Of a stretch of 64,000 nt of DNA, positions 1 to 13,400 are shown piece by piece (position 1 is the stretch's first letter; every line of letters begins with the position of its first letter). Below the pieces are notes generated by a model. It made no database searches. It was not told where the DNA came from and saw only the letters and a program-made list of their open reading frames with translations. The stretch is taken from assembly GCA_964016885.1 (NCBI GenBank), contig OZ024740.1, positions 87,110,001 through 87,174,000 of the forward strand. The letters run 5' to 3'. This DNA comes from Eledone cirrhosa. Lineage: Eukaryota. The translations under genes and the position numbers were made by a program.

Positions 1-589
1 GCTACATACTGGAAAATAGTAGCAGACTTGTTTTCTGTATGTATTAATGTGACAATGATAAGTAGTTGGCTGTATACTACAAAGAATGATTGCTATAAAA
101 GTCCGCTTCAGAGATGTTGAGATGATTACAACATAATTAAAATACATAGTAAAGCAGCAATTACAAATAGTAGCTTCTCTTAATCTACAAATCATTTCTC
201 ATGCTAAAATCAGTACTATTATAATGATACTATGTTTTTTTTAGGATTAGCTTAGATATATCTGCCTGTGTGCATCAAGTGCTACTATACTATACAAACA
301 TTTTTTTATGACAAAATAGATGTGAAAACATCTACATTTGATATTGTGTCCTTTTTTCCTGTTTCTATGTATTAATATCCAGTCACTCATTGATAGTATA
401 TCATCACCATTGTTTTTATGACAATTTTGGTTAAGATAAACATATATCGAAAACACAGGATCAAGATCTCTGCCATTATGGAGCAATACAGAAGACCTGC
501 CTTCTCATGTGAATGGGTTGAAGCATACATCTTGTACGCACTATTTTCTCCCTCCCCCTTCCCCACACCTTCATGCCCTAACAACCCTT

Positions 590-725
590 CCCCTCTTGAA
601 AACCTGCCCAAACAAATCCTGTATGAGCAAGTCATGGTCATCAGACCTGGTTTGTCTCACAACAGGGCAACTCGTCCAAACCATGCTAGTGTGGAAAATG
701 GATGTTAAATGGGGATGATGATGAT
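590..725 (+). mobile_element. RTE-type retroposon 3' tail fragment
   Basis: Diverged match to the RTE 3' UTR/tail at 35985-36100 (cctgtatgagcaag...ccatgctagtgtggaaaatggatgttaaa), ending in (GAT)n and then (TA)n. Confidence 0.7.
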
Positions 726-753
726 TTTATATATATATATATATATATATATA

Positions 754-1031
754 ATTATAATAGAATAAAAAAGAAAAACGAACAGATCATCATCATCATC
801 TTCGTTTAACGTCCATTTTCCACGCTAGCATGGATATATATGTGTTCAAATCGTAAGGGACCTGATTCGCTAAGGTGAAGTATTTATTTTCTTAATTTTT
901 TATTAAATTGAGACAAGCGAACCCAATTGTCTACAGTTAGTATTCTTTTCACCTTAGCGAATCAGGTCCCTTACGATTTGAACACATATATGTATATATC
1001 TGTTCGTTTTTCTTTTTTATTCTATTATAAT
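754..1031. repeat. Fold-back palindrome with two pairs of perfect inverted arms
   Basis: 44-bp arms at 836-879/948-991 and 34-bp arms at 754-787/998-1031. The left side is interrupted by a retroposon tail (788-834). Flanked by (TA)n. Confidence 0.9.
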
Positions 1032-1113
1032 ATACGGCTCAAAAATATCTCTTTCTTAGAGCTATTTTATTGTAAGAGACTATTTTAAGTTCCCAACTCA
1101 ATATATACCTTTG

Positions 1114-1114
<1 letters not shown>

Positions 1115-1178
<64 letters not shown>

Positions 1179-1276
1179 ATCATTGTTTTTCACATCCATT
1201 CTTTGATGATGGCATGGGTAGGCTGGGTTGTTTTAATATATTGTACAACCAGATGCTCTTCCTGATATAGGTATAC

Positions 1277-1326
<50 letters not shown>
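1115..1326. repeat. (TA)n and (GA)n microsatellites
   Basis: (TA)n at 1115-1171 and (GA)n at 1279-1326. Confidence 0.95.
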
Positions 1327-1329
<3 letters not shown>

Positions 1330-1994
1330 CAAACAGTTTCCAGCCACCAATATAATTCTCACCAGAACTGAAGCTACAGTAGAAGACACTTGCTGAAAGC
1401 ATCATGAAGTGGTATAGAGCCTGAAACCACCTGGCTGCAAAGAAAACTTCTTCATCACATCTGTCTACACACACACACATACATATACAAACACATGTAC
1501 ATATACACAAAAATACATATGTAAAATTTGAGAATTTTTTCTGAATTTTTAAGGTATCATCAAAGAACAATCCATTATTTCAACAATGGAGTAAAAAAAA
1601 TAATCCTTCTCATACTGGAGGTTATTAATGATATTGTTGAAGAATATATGAAAACAACTAAGATTTATTGAACTATTGCAGCTCTGTTTGTTTATATAGC
1701 TACCATCACACCTAAGCAACTCCTAGGTGATACCTGTAGTGCATGAGGTAAGGATATTACCTAATATAAACCTCTCTGGTGGACAACAAAACTGAACAAG
1801 GGATCAAAAATGTTCACTAGAATATTCCATAAAAATAGCTATTTAGATACTATCATAAAATATGTTTGTTTATTAGTCAGAGACAATATCTACCAGCATT
1901 GAAGAATGTTGAACTGGTGAGATCATTGTTGATGTATGACTAGAACTTTTGTGGATCCTGATGATTATTACTCTCATTATTTTACATTCTTTTT

Positions 1995-2215
1995 GGGTGG
2001 TGGATTGGGAGAATTGGTAGAGCATTGGACAACATGCTTAGCGGCATAGAGTTATGGCTCTAGATGGTCTGGGTTCAAATCCCGCAACAGTTAGCTTTGC
2101 TTTTCATCCTTACGGGGTTGATAATACAAAGTACCAGTAATACACTGGGATCGATTTAATCTACTTTCCCTTTCCGCAAAAATTGTTGGCCTTGTTACTA
2201 AATCAAAAGCCATTA
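1995..2215 (+). mobile_element. tRNA-derived SINE family B (Deu/Nin-like central domain)
   Basis: B-box gggttcaaatcc, core tttgc(c)tttcatccttacggggttgataa and tail ggccttgt..aaa, shared with many copies in the window. Confidence 0.75.
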
Positions 2216-2808
2216 TTTTACATTTTTTTCAATGTCGGCATGTGTTGGACAGGTTGCCATAGTCTGAATCAGCTATTTGGAGCTACTTGCTCTCACAGAC
2301 AAGTTCCAGGACCCAATATCACTTGTACATTTCCATTCACATGAATTATATGGCTGAATGCCTTTCCTAACACCAACCAGTTTACAGAGTATATTGGCTA
2401 TATTTTACCATGGCACCAGCACTGGGGAGGTTGTCACACCTCCAGCATCCCTAAAGAGACCTCTCTACCCTTCATTTATTTACCAGCCACTTTACAGAGT
2501 GTTTTATCATGGCATTACCACTTGTGAGTTGGCCTTATCCCCGTGGCAAAATTGATAAAGAAACAGAATAAAAGAAAGAATATAGTTATGACTAAAGGCA
2601 GAGGATTGGCAATCATTAGAACATAGGGTAAAATACTTTGCAGTATTTGTTTTGGCTCTCAGCTCTCTGAGTTCAAGTCCCATGAGGTCAACTTTACCTT
2701 TGGAGGTCGAGTACAGTTTGATTTGGCAGGAATCATGAGTACAGGTTGACATTCAGTTTAGGGTTTGCTGAGTGTTCATTCACTGATTGGAGCAACAACA
2801 GTCTTATT

Positions 2809-2925
<117 letters not shown>

Positions 2926-4476
2926 GGATCCTAGTGTTTGTTTGTTAAACAAGTTTTAACACTAGTTCTTAATTTAATGCTTTATTTCTTTCCTTCTTCT
3001 TTCTCCCCTTTCTCTATTAGCTTCTTGTCTTATAAGTTACTAAAATCAAACCTAACACGTATCATATCATTCCATCTCAAACTGTAGCCAGTTTTTCATG
3101 TATGTAGTCTTCCTTCTCCAATCTGTTCATGCCCACTTGTAATTTATAAACTCCAAAATCTCTCTTCTCCCCTATCAAGTACTCACATGTCTTATTGGGA
3201 CATTGGGACATTGTATTTATTTCAGGCTTGGCTCTATTCTATTCTATGCATTCTATCAACAATATATACACACACATAAAGGGACACATAAATTGTATGG
3301 AAGATAATCGCTGGGTAAAGGTGAAAGAGGGGTAGGAGTTTTAAGTGGAAGGAAGTTCTAGAAGAGGTAGGGTGGAAAAAACTTGAGCAGAAGTGGTGAA
3401 AGTGGATCTTAGTATGTGGGACATCAACAAAAGAGATAATAAAGGAGAGAGACTGACAAAGGGAGAGATGGTGCTCTGAAGAGGACTCAACTAATCCATG
3501 TAAGCATAGAAAGATAAATGCAATGATGATGATAGTGATATTTTTATCTATATATTTATATATAGTTATCTACACACTTCAATAATTTTATAAATAGTTG
3601 TTTCTACTTTTGGCACAAGGCCAGCAATTATCCCAGTACATTACTAGTAACTTTATTTTATTGACCCCGCAAGGATGAAAGGCAAAGTTAACCTTGGTGG
3701 GATTAACTTATAAATAACGAGAAACAATGTAGGCAATTATCCTTTCATTGAATATATCTCAAAAAGAGAACTAAAGTCTGTCTCGCGCCTGGCTCATTGA
3801 GCAGATGCTTATTTTAGTTTTCATGGCGTGAAGTAACAGAGAATACGGATGCCAGCCCACCACAGGGTTAAATCCCCATCTATTGCTGATATTCATTTTC
3901 AGCTGAATATACTAGAGCAATGTGAAATGAAGTGTTTTGCTCAAGAACACAACAGACAACCCTGTCCTGTAATTGAACCCATGATATTATGATTGTAACT
4001 CCAACATCCTTACCAGTAGGCCTTGTGCTTCGACCACTATGATGTAGATAACAATAATAAAACATTCCATTCATGTCTCTACATAAAGGCTAATTATATA
4101 TCTGCTGTTTTCTCAGAAGGCTATTAATGATTATCATGCAGTTCCACGAGGGTGAAAAAAAATGAGTTGCAATGTTAGTGGTGCAAGGTTGTATCAGCCT
4201 CTGCCTTTCCCTTGGATAACATCTGTGGCATAGAGAGAGGAGATTGGCATGCATGTGTTGGTCTTCTACAAAAACACCTTGCCTATGTGCTTGAGGCTGT
4301 AAGGGGAACTTTCCAGTTTCAAAACCTATGATCATTCTTGACAGAAGGGGGTTTTAACCTTTGTGCTTTATATATACATATATATATATATAAAACAAAG
4401 AAAGTGTGGTAAGGAACCAGGGGGACCATAACGTACCAGAGTACTCAATACTTAGAGTAGTAGAGTGGATAATAGG

Positions 4477-4583
4477 AAAAGAGTCAGGACCCCGACGGCT
4501 GAGCTCTGGCTGTTTTGACAGCTAGCTCCGACAGCGTTTGGATCTAGCTGTCAAAACAGCTGGAGCTCAGCTGACTCTTTTTC
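4477..4583. repeat. Imperfect fold-back palindrome, possibly a Penelope pLTR remnant
   Basis: gctgagctctggctgttttgacagctag pairs with ctagctgtcaaaacagctggagctcagc, with outer arms aaaagagtcag/ctgactctttt. The upstream gtactcaatac is the reverse complement of gtattgagtac in the Penelope tail at 46624. Confidence 0.7.
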
Positions 4584-4708
4584 TATATATATATATAAAA
4601 GTTGTTGATAGCTGAGAGAAAAGAATACTCAATACTGAAGTTGCAGGCGAAACACCAGAATAACTAGTCACTATTTAGCCTTAATAAAATGAATATATAT
4701 ATATATGA

Positions 4709-4752
<44 letters not shown>

Positions 4753-6268
4753 ACTCAGTTTATAGATTGCTAGTTGTTGATTATTTATTATGCTAGAGAC
4801 TAACATCACATCTGAGGCTCAGCATATAAGCACTTCATGTGGCTCCCATGTCAATTTCTTCTGCTGTGAATTTGTTCAGCTGTACCAGTATCAAATAAAT
4901 TACTTACATTTGAATTTTATAGCTTTGAGTAAAGTATTTCTTTGAAAAGCATTGAATATCTGTATACATTGAAGTTTGATTTTATTTAATTTATTTCTTT
5001 TAAAGACCTATCAATACAGAGTTTATTCAGAAAAGTAGAGAAAGAAAGTTTTTCTGCACCAAATATAAAATATTCAGCCATTTTACTCATGTTAGTGTGT
5101 TTATTACAAAAAATTTTACTTAATGGACTTTTAGTTCCATGAATTAGCAAACAACAATAATGACAATAACATGAATATATAACTATCACAAGGCCAGTAA
5201 TTGTTTCAATGATCGAATTGGTTATGCATTATACTTTTATTTATTCTAAAGAGCAAATTCAATTTTCTCACACAGATAGGCATCAAAGCCTTTGTTGGTT
5301 AATTTGTGCGTTCTCATAGAAAATTAGATCAAAGAATAAGTAAAGAGTGTGGAAACCCATATTACATTGAGCGTATGTGATCAAACTGGCAGCTACATTC
5401 TAACAGGAAAGGACAGAGCTGAGATTTAATGAATTTACAATAGTGTAAACATTAATGTCCGTAGAATTTAGAAAATATATCTACTATGTTTAGGGCAGTA
5501 AACCAAAGTAATGACAAATTTTCATTGATTATCTATCAAGTAAATTTACTTAGAGGTTCTTTTTTTGTTGTTCTTGCTGACAAATAAAAATAAACAAACA
5601 CTTAGTCAAGATCACACTATCTTAATGTGTTTTACAAACCAAACACATATGGCCTCAAACTATTCCTAAAACTTTAGCAAAACCGTTGATGTTCAGTTAA
5701 GTTTTTCAAATTGTGTTTGTGTTTATGATAGATTTTTTAAAAACTATTTTATCTGCCCTTGGCCACATCACAGACAGAAGTGCATGCAGAATTTCAAACA
5801 GATATGAAATAAGAGATGGCTTATATAAATGGTTGAAGAAAAAAAATTAAATTGATTTATCTAACTTAGATGAATTCATGCTAACAGTTGTCAGCATTCT
5901 GAGAGTATATTCACTATATGAAAACACAATGAAGCTAACAATCATACTTGTTGTTGGTGTTGATTAGACACAAATCATCTTTGATCAAGCAGATGAATGA
6001 TCTAAGATGTTCTAGCTGTGGACATGCCACCTTATTTCTATGTGTAGAGAATCCAGGAGAACATTATCCAATAAGTCACATTGACACTCTTCCACAGGCT
6101 TAAACATTCTGAATATTACCTAGTTATGCACTTTCTACACACTATACTTGTCCAACTATTTTGATGCTGTCTCAAGTTACTATTCTAATACAAAACATTC
6201 CGTCCAATCCTGTATCCCCACACCTACTGCTCTCTCTGCCACCCCCCTTCCTACAACATCAACTTGCT

Positions 6269-6466
6269 TACAAGGGTTGGTTGAAAAGTTCATAGGCTGG
6301 CTAGGAAGGATGGATGCTAGGGCTGTGAAATCTTGCATGCATTAATTTCAAATCTTCTTATTAATAACTGCATTGTTTCCAGGAACTATGTTAAAAAATA
6401 TACCTCATTTGGTCATTCCATGAGAGTATCTTGGTCAACATAAGAACTTCTCAGCTGTCCCCCATA
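6269..6466. mobile_element. Tc1/mariner-type MITE remnant
   Basis: TA-flanked degenerate TIRs: ta-caagggttggttgaaaagttc ... gaacttctcagctgtccccca-ta. Confidence 0.55.
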
Positions 6467-6489
6467 CATTCAAGCTGAAAAACAATTGT

Positions 6490-7010
6490 ATTAACCCCAT
6501 ATATTTGGGAGGGTTTGCACTACATACAACCCTTTCCATCCTCACCTTCCTTAGTGTAACTTGAAAAAGTTGATGATGGCTTAGCTGAAGAGAAAAGTGT
6601 TCCTCTTCGGTCCTTTCAGTCTCATCCATCACACAATCTTTTTCACCCTAGCTATCAGACAGAGGAAATCTGCCTGCCTTTCCCATTCAAGAGAAGGCAA
6701 TGGGGCAATCTTCATGATGGAGTTGGTCAAGAGCTGGATCTGTCCTACATGCTGTTCATCAAATCCCCACAAGTCAGCAATGCATGAACACAGAATGTGT
6801 GCATGCGGATTGGTTTCATTATTTTGCTTATATCTCAGACAGGTCTCTCTGACAACCCTTCCATGCTTGTAGGATCTGTCTTGAACTAATAGTGTCCTCT
6901 TGGTAAAACTGTCAGGCCAGGAATTTTGGAAATTATTTATAGTCCCTGTTCCGAAAGTCTGCCAGAATAGACTAGTCAGTTAAATCTGGTTGACACCTAG
7001 AATATCCTCA
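6490..7010 (-). mobile_element. Old Tx1/L1-clade LINE 3' remnant (C-terminal zinc-finger region)
   Basis: Colinear similarity to 49220-49700, e.g. tagctatcagacagaggaaa vs tagctatcacacaaaggaaa and caggccaggaattttggaa vs caggccagggacttttggaa. Confidence 0.7.
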
Positions 7011-9359
7011 AGAAACATCCTTGCTCCTGTCCACCACTAAACCAAATAATAAGCACATACACACACTAAATATGAAAAATGCCAAATTTACTATTTACTT
7101 TGTTGTTGCTGTTACAGCAAACAATTCATTAGGTTTGGGTGACCTCCCTTCTTGTGAGAGGTTTCTTGGGTGATTTACCATTAAGAGACGCCAGTTCTAT
7201 CATGACAGCATTTTTCCAGTGATAGAAAGGGGGATTTGAACTCAGAACACATAGAACTAGAACAAATACCACAAGGCATCAAATATAATGCTCTAACAAT
7301 TTTCTCAATTCACTGCTCTGGATTGGTACCTTACATATCAGCTCCAAGATATGAAAAGCAAAGTTGAATTAAGTGGAATTTGAATACAGAGCACAGAAAG
7401 GTGGAAGAAATACTACAGGATATTCAACTCAATGCCCTAACACCTCTACCAATTCATTTCCTATTTACTTTGATGTCATTTGATTCATGAGAAAACAAAT
7501 TCAGCAGCATACAACAGAAATTTCAGTTCTTGAATTTACAATCTTAAGTCCTAAATGTTTAGTTTACATAGAAACCAAACAAATTCTACGATTAATCGGA
7601 TGCCAAAGAGCCTAATAGAGGAAATAGACAACAATAAATAAGCTAAGAAAAAATATTAAACAGTTATTATCAACCATAAACCTACAGCTTAAATTGATTA
7701 TTGATGTCTTGTACTTGCATCAATTGAAGAAATAAAATACTTCTAGAAACATACAAATATTGTTACAATCACGCGCCTAAGGCTATTTTAAAATGGCATA
7801 TTGAATGGCATATGGTGTAGCATACAATGAATAAACATGTTCTGTAATTTGACACCAAAATAGATGCTAAAAAGCATTTTTTTAGCTTAAACTTAAATGC
7901 ATTAGTTTGGATGGCAACTCAAAAATAAAATTACTTTAATTTTTATATATAAAATTGTTTAGTATTAAGATTTCGATTGTAACACTTCACATATATGCAT
8001 ATGTGGGAGTACAAGTGTATGTATACATAGCTTTATGTACACATGTATGGTCATGTAAATTTGGTAGTAATTCCTTTTTGTTGTTTTATGAGAAAGAAAC
8101 CTTTTTAACTACTGTCTAATGGGTTTATTATTAAGGACACTGGAGAGACCAGTGCATAACGTTATAAATTTAAAAAGTTGTGCAATAAGTATGTTTTTAC
8201 TTGAACTGACTCGAGAAAATACAAGCTATGTATGTGTAGGTATGGCTGTGTGTTTAAGTATCATTTTCAATAGAATCAAGGTGACAAATATTTTAAAAAT
8301 GAAACTTCGTAGACAAAACTGTGTTGAAACCTGTCTTATACACACACACGCTCTCTTCCTTTCATCTTTGCTCTCTTTCTTTCTTCAGTTTGGTCAAGCA
8401 TGACATCCTATCTAATGCTGTAAATTGGTAGTGTTGGTGCTCCAATAAAATTTACCCTATACACTGTAAAGTGGTAGGCATTAGGAATGGCTTCCATCTG
8501 TAGGAACAATGCCAAATATGGAACATGTTGGCATGATGTAGTCCTTCATTCCATCTAGTCTTGGACAGTAACAAGCAATCAAACCCTTCCAATTATGGAA
8601 ATCAGATATAAAATAATGATGTTGATGATGATATGTCTTTTCAACCAGAAAATGTTAACTACTTTCACAAGACTTGGGTAGATCCAAGACAATAAGAGGT
8701 GTTTACCCAAAGTACTGCACAGTGAGATAAACATGGAATCATATGATTCTGAAGCAAATGTTTGAACCTGATAACTTTAGCTGGGCCCACCTTTGCCCAG
8801 GCTTCCTGTAAACAATCTGAAATTGGTGTTTTATTCTTTCATCAATTCTACATGTAAGAGATAAGCAAAGATCATAGATACTATCACATAGTTTATAACT
8901 AAGGAGTTTAATTATTTTTTTCATCTATTCTGACTAAATCAATAACTTTGTTTAACCAAGCTTCTGCTGCTACCATGTAAACAAGCTTCATGGTTGACTG
9001 GTCAGCGACTAAATCAGCTCCCCACTAGAACCTGGTCTGGTGTGGAGGGTATGTAGAACTCCAGCAGCACAGAAAACAAGAGCTGTTAAATGGTAGATGA
9101 ACTCCTTAGAGTCAAAGGTCATCCACCACAACTATGGGTTAAATATCCTCACCAACTCACAATTGTCCAAGTGTGGTGAGTATGGCTATACTCCTGAAGA
9201 CATGACCAAAGCCATCTAAGCATAGGACATTATTTTTACCAACAAAGAAGTGTTCATTGTCTGACTGAAGATCCTTTATTTTACATCTTGCAAATGACAT
9301 ATGCCTACTCAAACTTCAGAATCATCTCACGACTTCTACCTTTCATTATACCACAGACC

Positions 9360-9624
9360 TAAACCTTTTTATACTAAACCATCAAAAACCACCCTGAGTT
9401 TAATTATACAAAACTGCTCTTTTTAAAGTGATCATATTTATATGAAAATCTTCTATGATATTTTTTTGTCTATAAGAACCCTTTTGTTAAGTAATGCTCC
9501 AAACCGTAACTTAATAATGGAAAAGTTATTTCATTGAATTACTCTAAATTCTTGATTATTTTCAAAATTAATTTAGTCATATAGACAGTCTATTTGATTA
9601 GAAATATAGTAATGAAAGGGTTAA
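9360..9624. mobile_element. piggyBac-like MITE remnant
   Basis: Ends resemble TTAA-CCCTTT ... AAAGGG-TTAA. Related sequence lies at ~20900-21175 and 24683-25110. Confidence 0.45.
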
Positions 9625-9713
9625 AATACTAATTTATTTTATAAATTATATTTCTTAGATGGTGCAAAATATATATATAAATCAAAAGTCAGAATGCAGC
9701 CTTTTGTCATATA

Positions 9714-10047
9714 TCATCATTTCATTTTACGTCCGCTTTTTCCCTGCTTGCAAGGGTGGGACAGGAACTGATTTTGGCTTGATTTCTACAGCTGGATGCC
9801 CTTCCTAACACCAACCTCATTTACAGTGAGTGCTGGGTGCTTTTTTGCCGTGGCACCTCCACGACCCTTTGCAGTGGAATGATATGGACCCCAGTCCCTA
9901 TCATCTCATTTCTACAGCTGATTAAACTGGAGCAATGTGAAATAAAGTGTCTTGCTCAAGGAAACAACACACCACCTGGTCTGAGAATTGAACTCACAAC
10001 CTTTCGATTGCAAGGCCAATGCTCTAACCACTATGCCATGTGCCTCC
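9714..10047 (-). mobile_element. tRNA-derived SINE family A, full length
   Basis: Pol III A box (TGGCATAGTGG) and B box (GAGTTCAATTC), CORE-like centre, RTE-like tail ending (ATGA/GAT)n. Highly similar to four other copies. Confidence 0.9.
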
Positions 10048-11859
10048 ATGAATATATGATATATATTCATTAAACATACTAATTTCTATGTAAGCGTGTG
10101 AAAATTGATACTTTCTGAAGAACTGAAAATTTTACAGTATCAAGTTTACTTGTGGATTCTACAAAGGTGACAAAATATCTTTTTACAATGATATAATAAG
10201 TTCCAGTAACATTTGCTACTTGAAAGTGGTTTCTGTACCCAAGATGTTGCCAACTGTCTTCAAGGGTTTTCTTCTCAAGTTAAACCTATGATGATAGAGA
10301 TGTTGCTATTTAAGTCCACAAAATTCCTCTACAAAGCTTACTTTATGTTCAGTTTGAAATACACAAAGAGATATTTTTATAAGTAACAATTCTATTTTTG
10401 TGTACTAAGTTGGAGAAACATCAAAATATAAAATTTAGATTGACAGAAGTTGCATAAAACGTTATGACATGCATACAACGAGAATTTCATGTCATTACCT
10501 GAAAATAGTATATAATGTTAACCCTAGCAATTTGACATGTAAGCTTACAGGATGCTGAAATAAATTTAAGTACTGATGTTTCATGTCAAATGTCAATTAT
10601 TATACTGTTTTAAATTGAAAGCTTAGTTCAGTTCTCTCAAGAAATTAATTTCATATACAAAGAAAAGGTAATTATCAAATTGTAAACTCCTTTTAAAATG
10701 TTTACATTTATTATATGGGAAATACATAAATCTGCTAAAAAAAAGTCAAGTGAGAGCATTGCTTCATATGATCTATAGCATCTGGGAGAGCTTCAAAATA
10801 TATGTGTTAACATCATTCACAAGAATACACTAAATTGGCTTTCTCAATATACATGTTAACAACACTTGTATTCTCAAAAGAATACACTATGCTGGTTTTG
10901 ATTTTTTTTTCCTTCCAGGACTAGATGCCCCACTTTCTAATGGAGGAAAGGTAAAGTCAGGATATCAATTTCTTGACAAAAAACCATAAAACTAAGAATA
11001 ATGTCAATGGACTGTCACTTAGAGCTCCATATTATTTAATCGGGCATCAAATATTCTTTGCAGCAAATTGTCAATCTCCAGTTTTGGAAAGCTTTACCTT
11101 TAAGGCATCTTTTCATATCTGAGCAGATATCATTCCAGTAGCACTCAATATGATTCAGTTGAAACTAATAATGATCTGCATTGGCAAAACAAAACAGTCC
11201 AACAAAGTCCATAAAACAGAATATGTTTGATGAATGTGGACAGAAGTGGCAATTCTAATATTTCAAGTAGAGTTCTTCATTAGGGGTTGGGTGGTAAGTA
11301 ATGTGCTAAAACTATGGTAGGGGTAATGTAGGAAGGTAAGCTGGTATGATCAAATAAAGAGGAGGGTGTTAAAATGTACAATAACCCACAAAATGAGATA
11401 CTATACATAAATTCTATAGGCAGCATCATTTTTTACCAGATATTACATTTTTATATCAATGCTTTTAGTATTTTATCTACATTATATGCATTGTCTTTTC
11501 TGACAGTTATTTGCCAAAACTGACAAGAATGATTAGCATTTCCTTAACAAATCACCCTCCTTAAGAATATTTCATAAGAACTAAGCTGTATGAAATAATT
11601 AAACTCAAAATACCACATAAATCTAGTCTCCTTTAAATCTAGCTTGATTCATATATTGTTCAACAAAATATATCTAATTAAGGCTTCCTTCAGAACACTT
11701 ACTGACGTCCAACGAAGTATGAAAAATGAGACAGATTATCATCACTTAAACTTATAAAGGTAAAGGTAAATAAATAAATAAATTACGTTATTTGATAGCA
11801 TAAATGACATACTTTTTTTTAATGAAAATAAAAAGGCTCAAAATATATCATCCAGGTCT

Positions 11860-12290
11860 TTGGTTATGAATCTTGGATAATGACTGAAAGAATACGATCG
11901 CGAACACAAGCGGCTGAAATGGGATTCCTCTGAAGGCTCTTTGGAGTAACATTACTTAATAAAGTGCATAGCTCAGAGATCAGAGAGTCACTCCAGGTAG
12001 AGCTGCTACTTCTCCAAATTGAGAGATCACAGCTCTGATACTAAGGGCATGTGGTTGGATTGTCTCAAGAAAGAATTGCTGTGCAGATTTTACAGGCAAA
12101 ATCAACTGGCAAGAGACTCAGGGGTAGACCCCGAGCAAGATGGTTGGATAACATTCATGAGCTTGGTTAGTCACACCTGGGGATCCAGTCGGGTCAGTTA
12201 GAGATGGTTGGTTCTGGCAGGATCCGCTGGAGGTAGTGTTTGAGGATTCTGCCCCGCTGGCCCTCTCAGGAATAAGTGGGTGAAGATGAA
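11860..12290 (+). mobile_element. RTE LINE 3' fragment (Rex3/Expander-like)
   Basis: Degenerate translation RSRTQAAEMGFL..VTLL.KV.SSEIRESLQVELLLLQIERSQL. Homologous to 60476-60830. Confidence 0.75.
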
Positions 12291-13213
12291 GTAGGTCTTA
12301 TGCAAAATTGAGCTATATATTTTAATAACATTAGCGGTTTGCCTGTAATCACAAAAATAATATATTTCTTAATATTCTCTGCTGAGGTGAGGGTTTTATA
12401 TGCCATCAAATATGATAATTCTAGCAGGGTGCTAAATTTCAAAAACAAAGGAATTCACCTATACTTTATGTTTCTTTTAAAGTAATTGCTGGATTAATAC
12501 ATAACTTATACATATAAACAAATTTAATGCATAAATTAAATATAAAAGAATTGAGAAATTATTGGGAAAATATTCTATTTAAACAGCACAAATATTCTAA
12601 GATATGAAGAATATCCAAATACAACTTATTCCAATGAATAGAAATATTAAAAAAAAAAGAAAATTAAATAACAAACATAAAAAATCAAATATTCTTTGGT
12701 ACTGAGCAGGAAATATCTGATTTTCATGATACCTTATTCAAGAATACATACGATGATTTCAAAATAAATGCACTAAATTGTACAATTATCCAATAATATG
12801 ATAGCAGGATTTGTGTCACCTTAAGCTATTGCATTCAGAAACATTTTACAATGTCTGTTATTTTTGAAATTTTAGATTCCTCTGAAATATAGTTCATTCC
12901 ACTTATAAAAATGTTAGAAACTGCACTCAATATTAATGAAATATAAAACAAAAAATTTTATGATGTACAATAAAGTACTTTCAATATTGTATTACAATTT
13001 AACTTAAGGATAAAAAAAATCAGGAAAGTCTACTACCATTAAGTACAGGCAAACAGGTGTATGGTAGCTAATAATACATTTAGATTTTTGCCGATATTTA
13101 GCCTCAGATTGAGCAGACCTTATAATCAAAGGCATTCCAGTTGTGACCATTCTGTCTTTTTATAATGTGCAGGAAACTCAGGATTACATTATCTAATGTG
13201 TTCCTTTCTAAGA

Positions 13214-13400
13214 TAATTGTTTCTACTTTTGGCACAGGCCAGCAATTACCCAGTACATTACTGGTACTTTATTTTATTGACCCTGTAAGGATGAAAGGCA
13301 AAGTTAACCTTGGCGGGATTTGAACTCAGTTCGTAAAGGGACGTGACTGTGCTGCAAAGCATGGCGTCTGACCCTCTACCGATACTGCCAATCCACCACC
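13214..13400 (-). mobile_element. SINE family B with 10-bp TSD
   Basis: Family B consensus. ctaagataat is duplicated at 13208-13217 and 13400-13409. Inserted in an older repeat. Confidence 0.85.

Noticed and set aside
4900-4965. Possible minus-strand exon (cag ... gtaagt) as the next Ig exon
   Set aside because: The translation has no Ig E/F-strand motif and the acceptor lacks a pyrimidine tract.
10900-10960. Possible 32-bp plus-strand micro-exon (ttttttccttccag ... gtaaag)
   Set aside because: Weak donor, no recognisable peptide and no partner exons; such sites arise by chance in AT-rich DNA.
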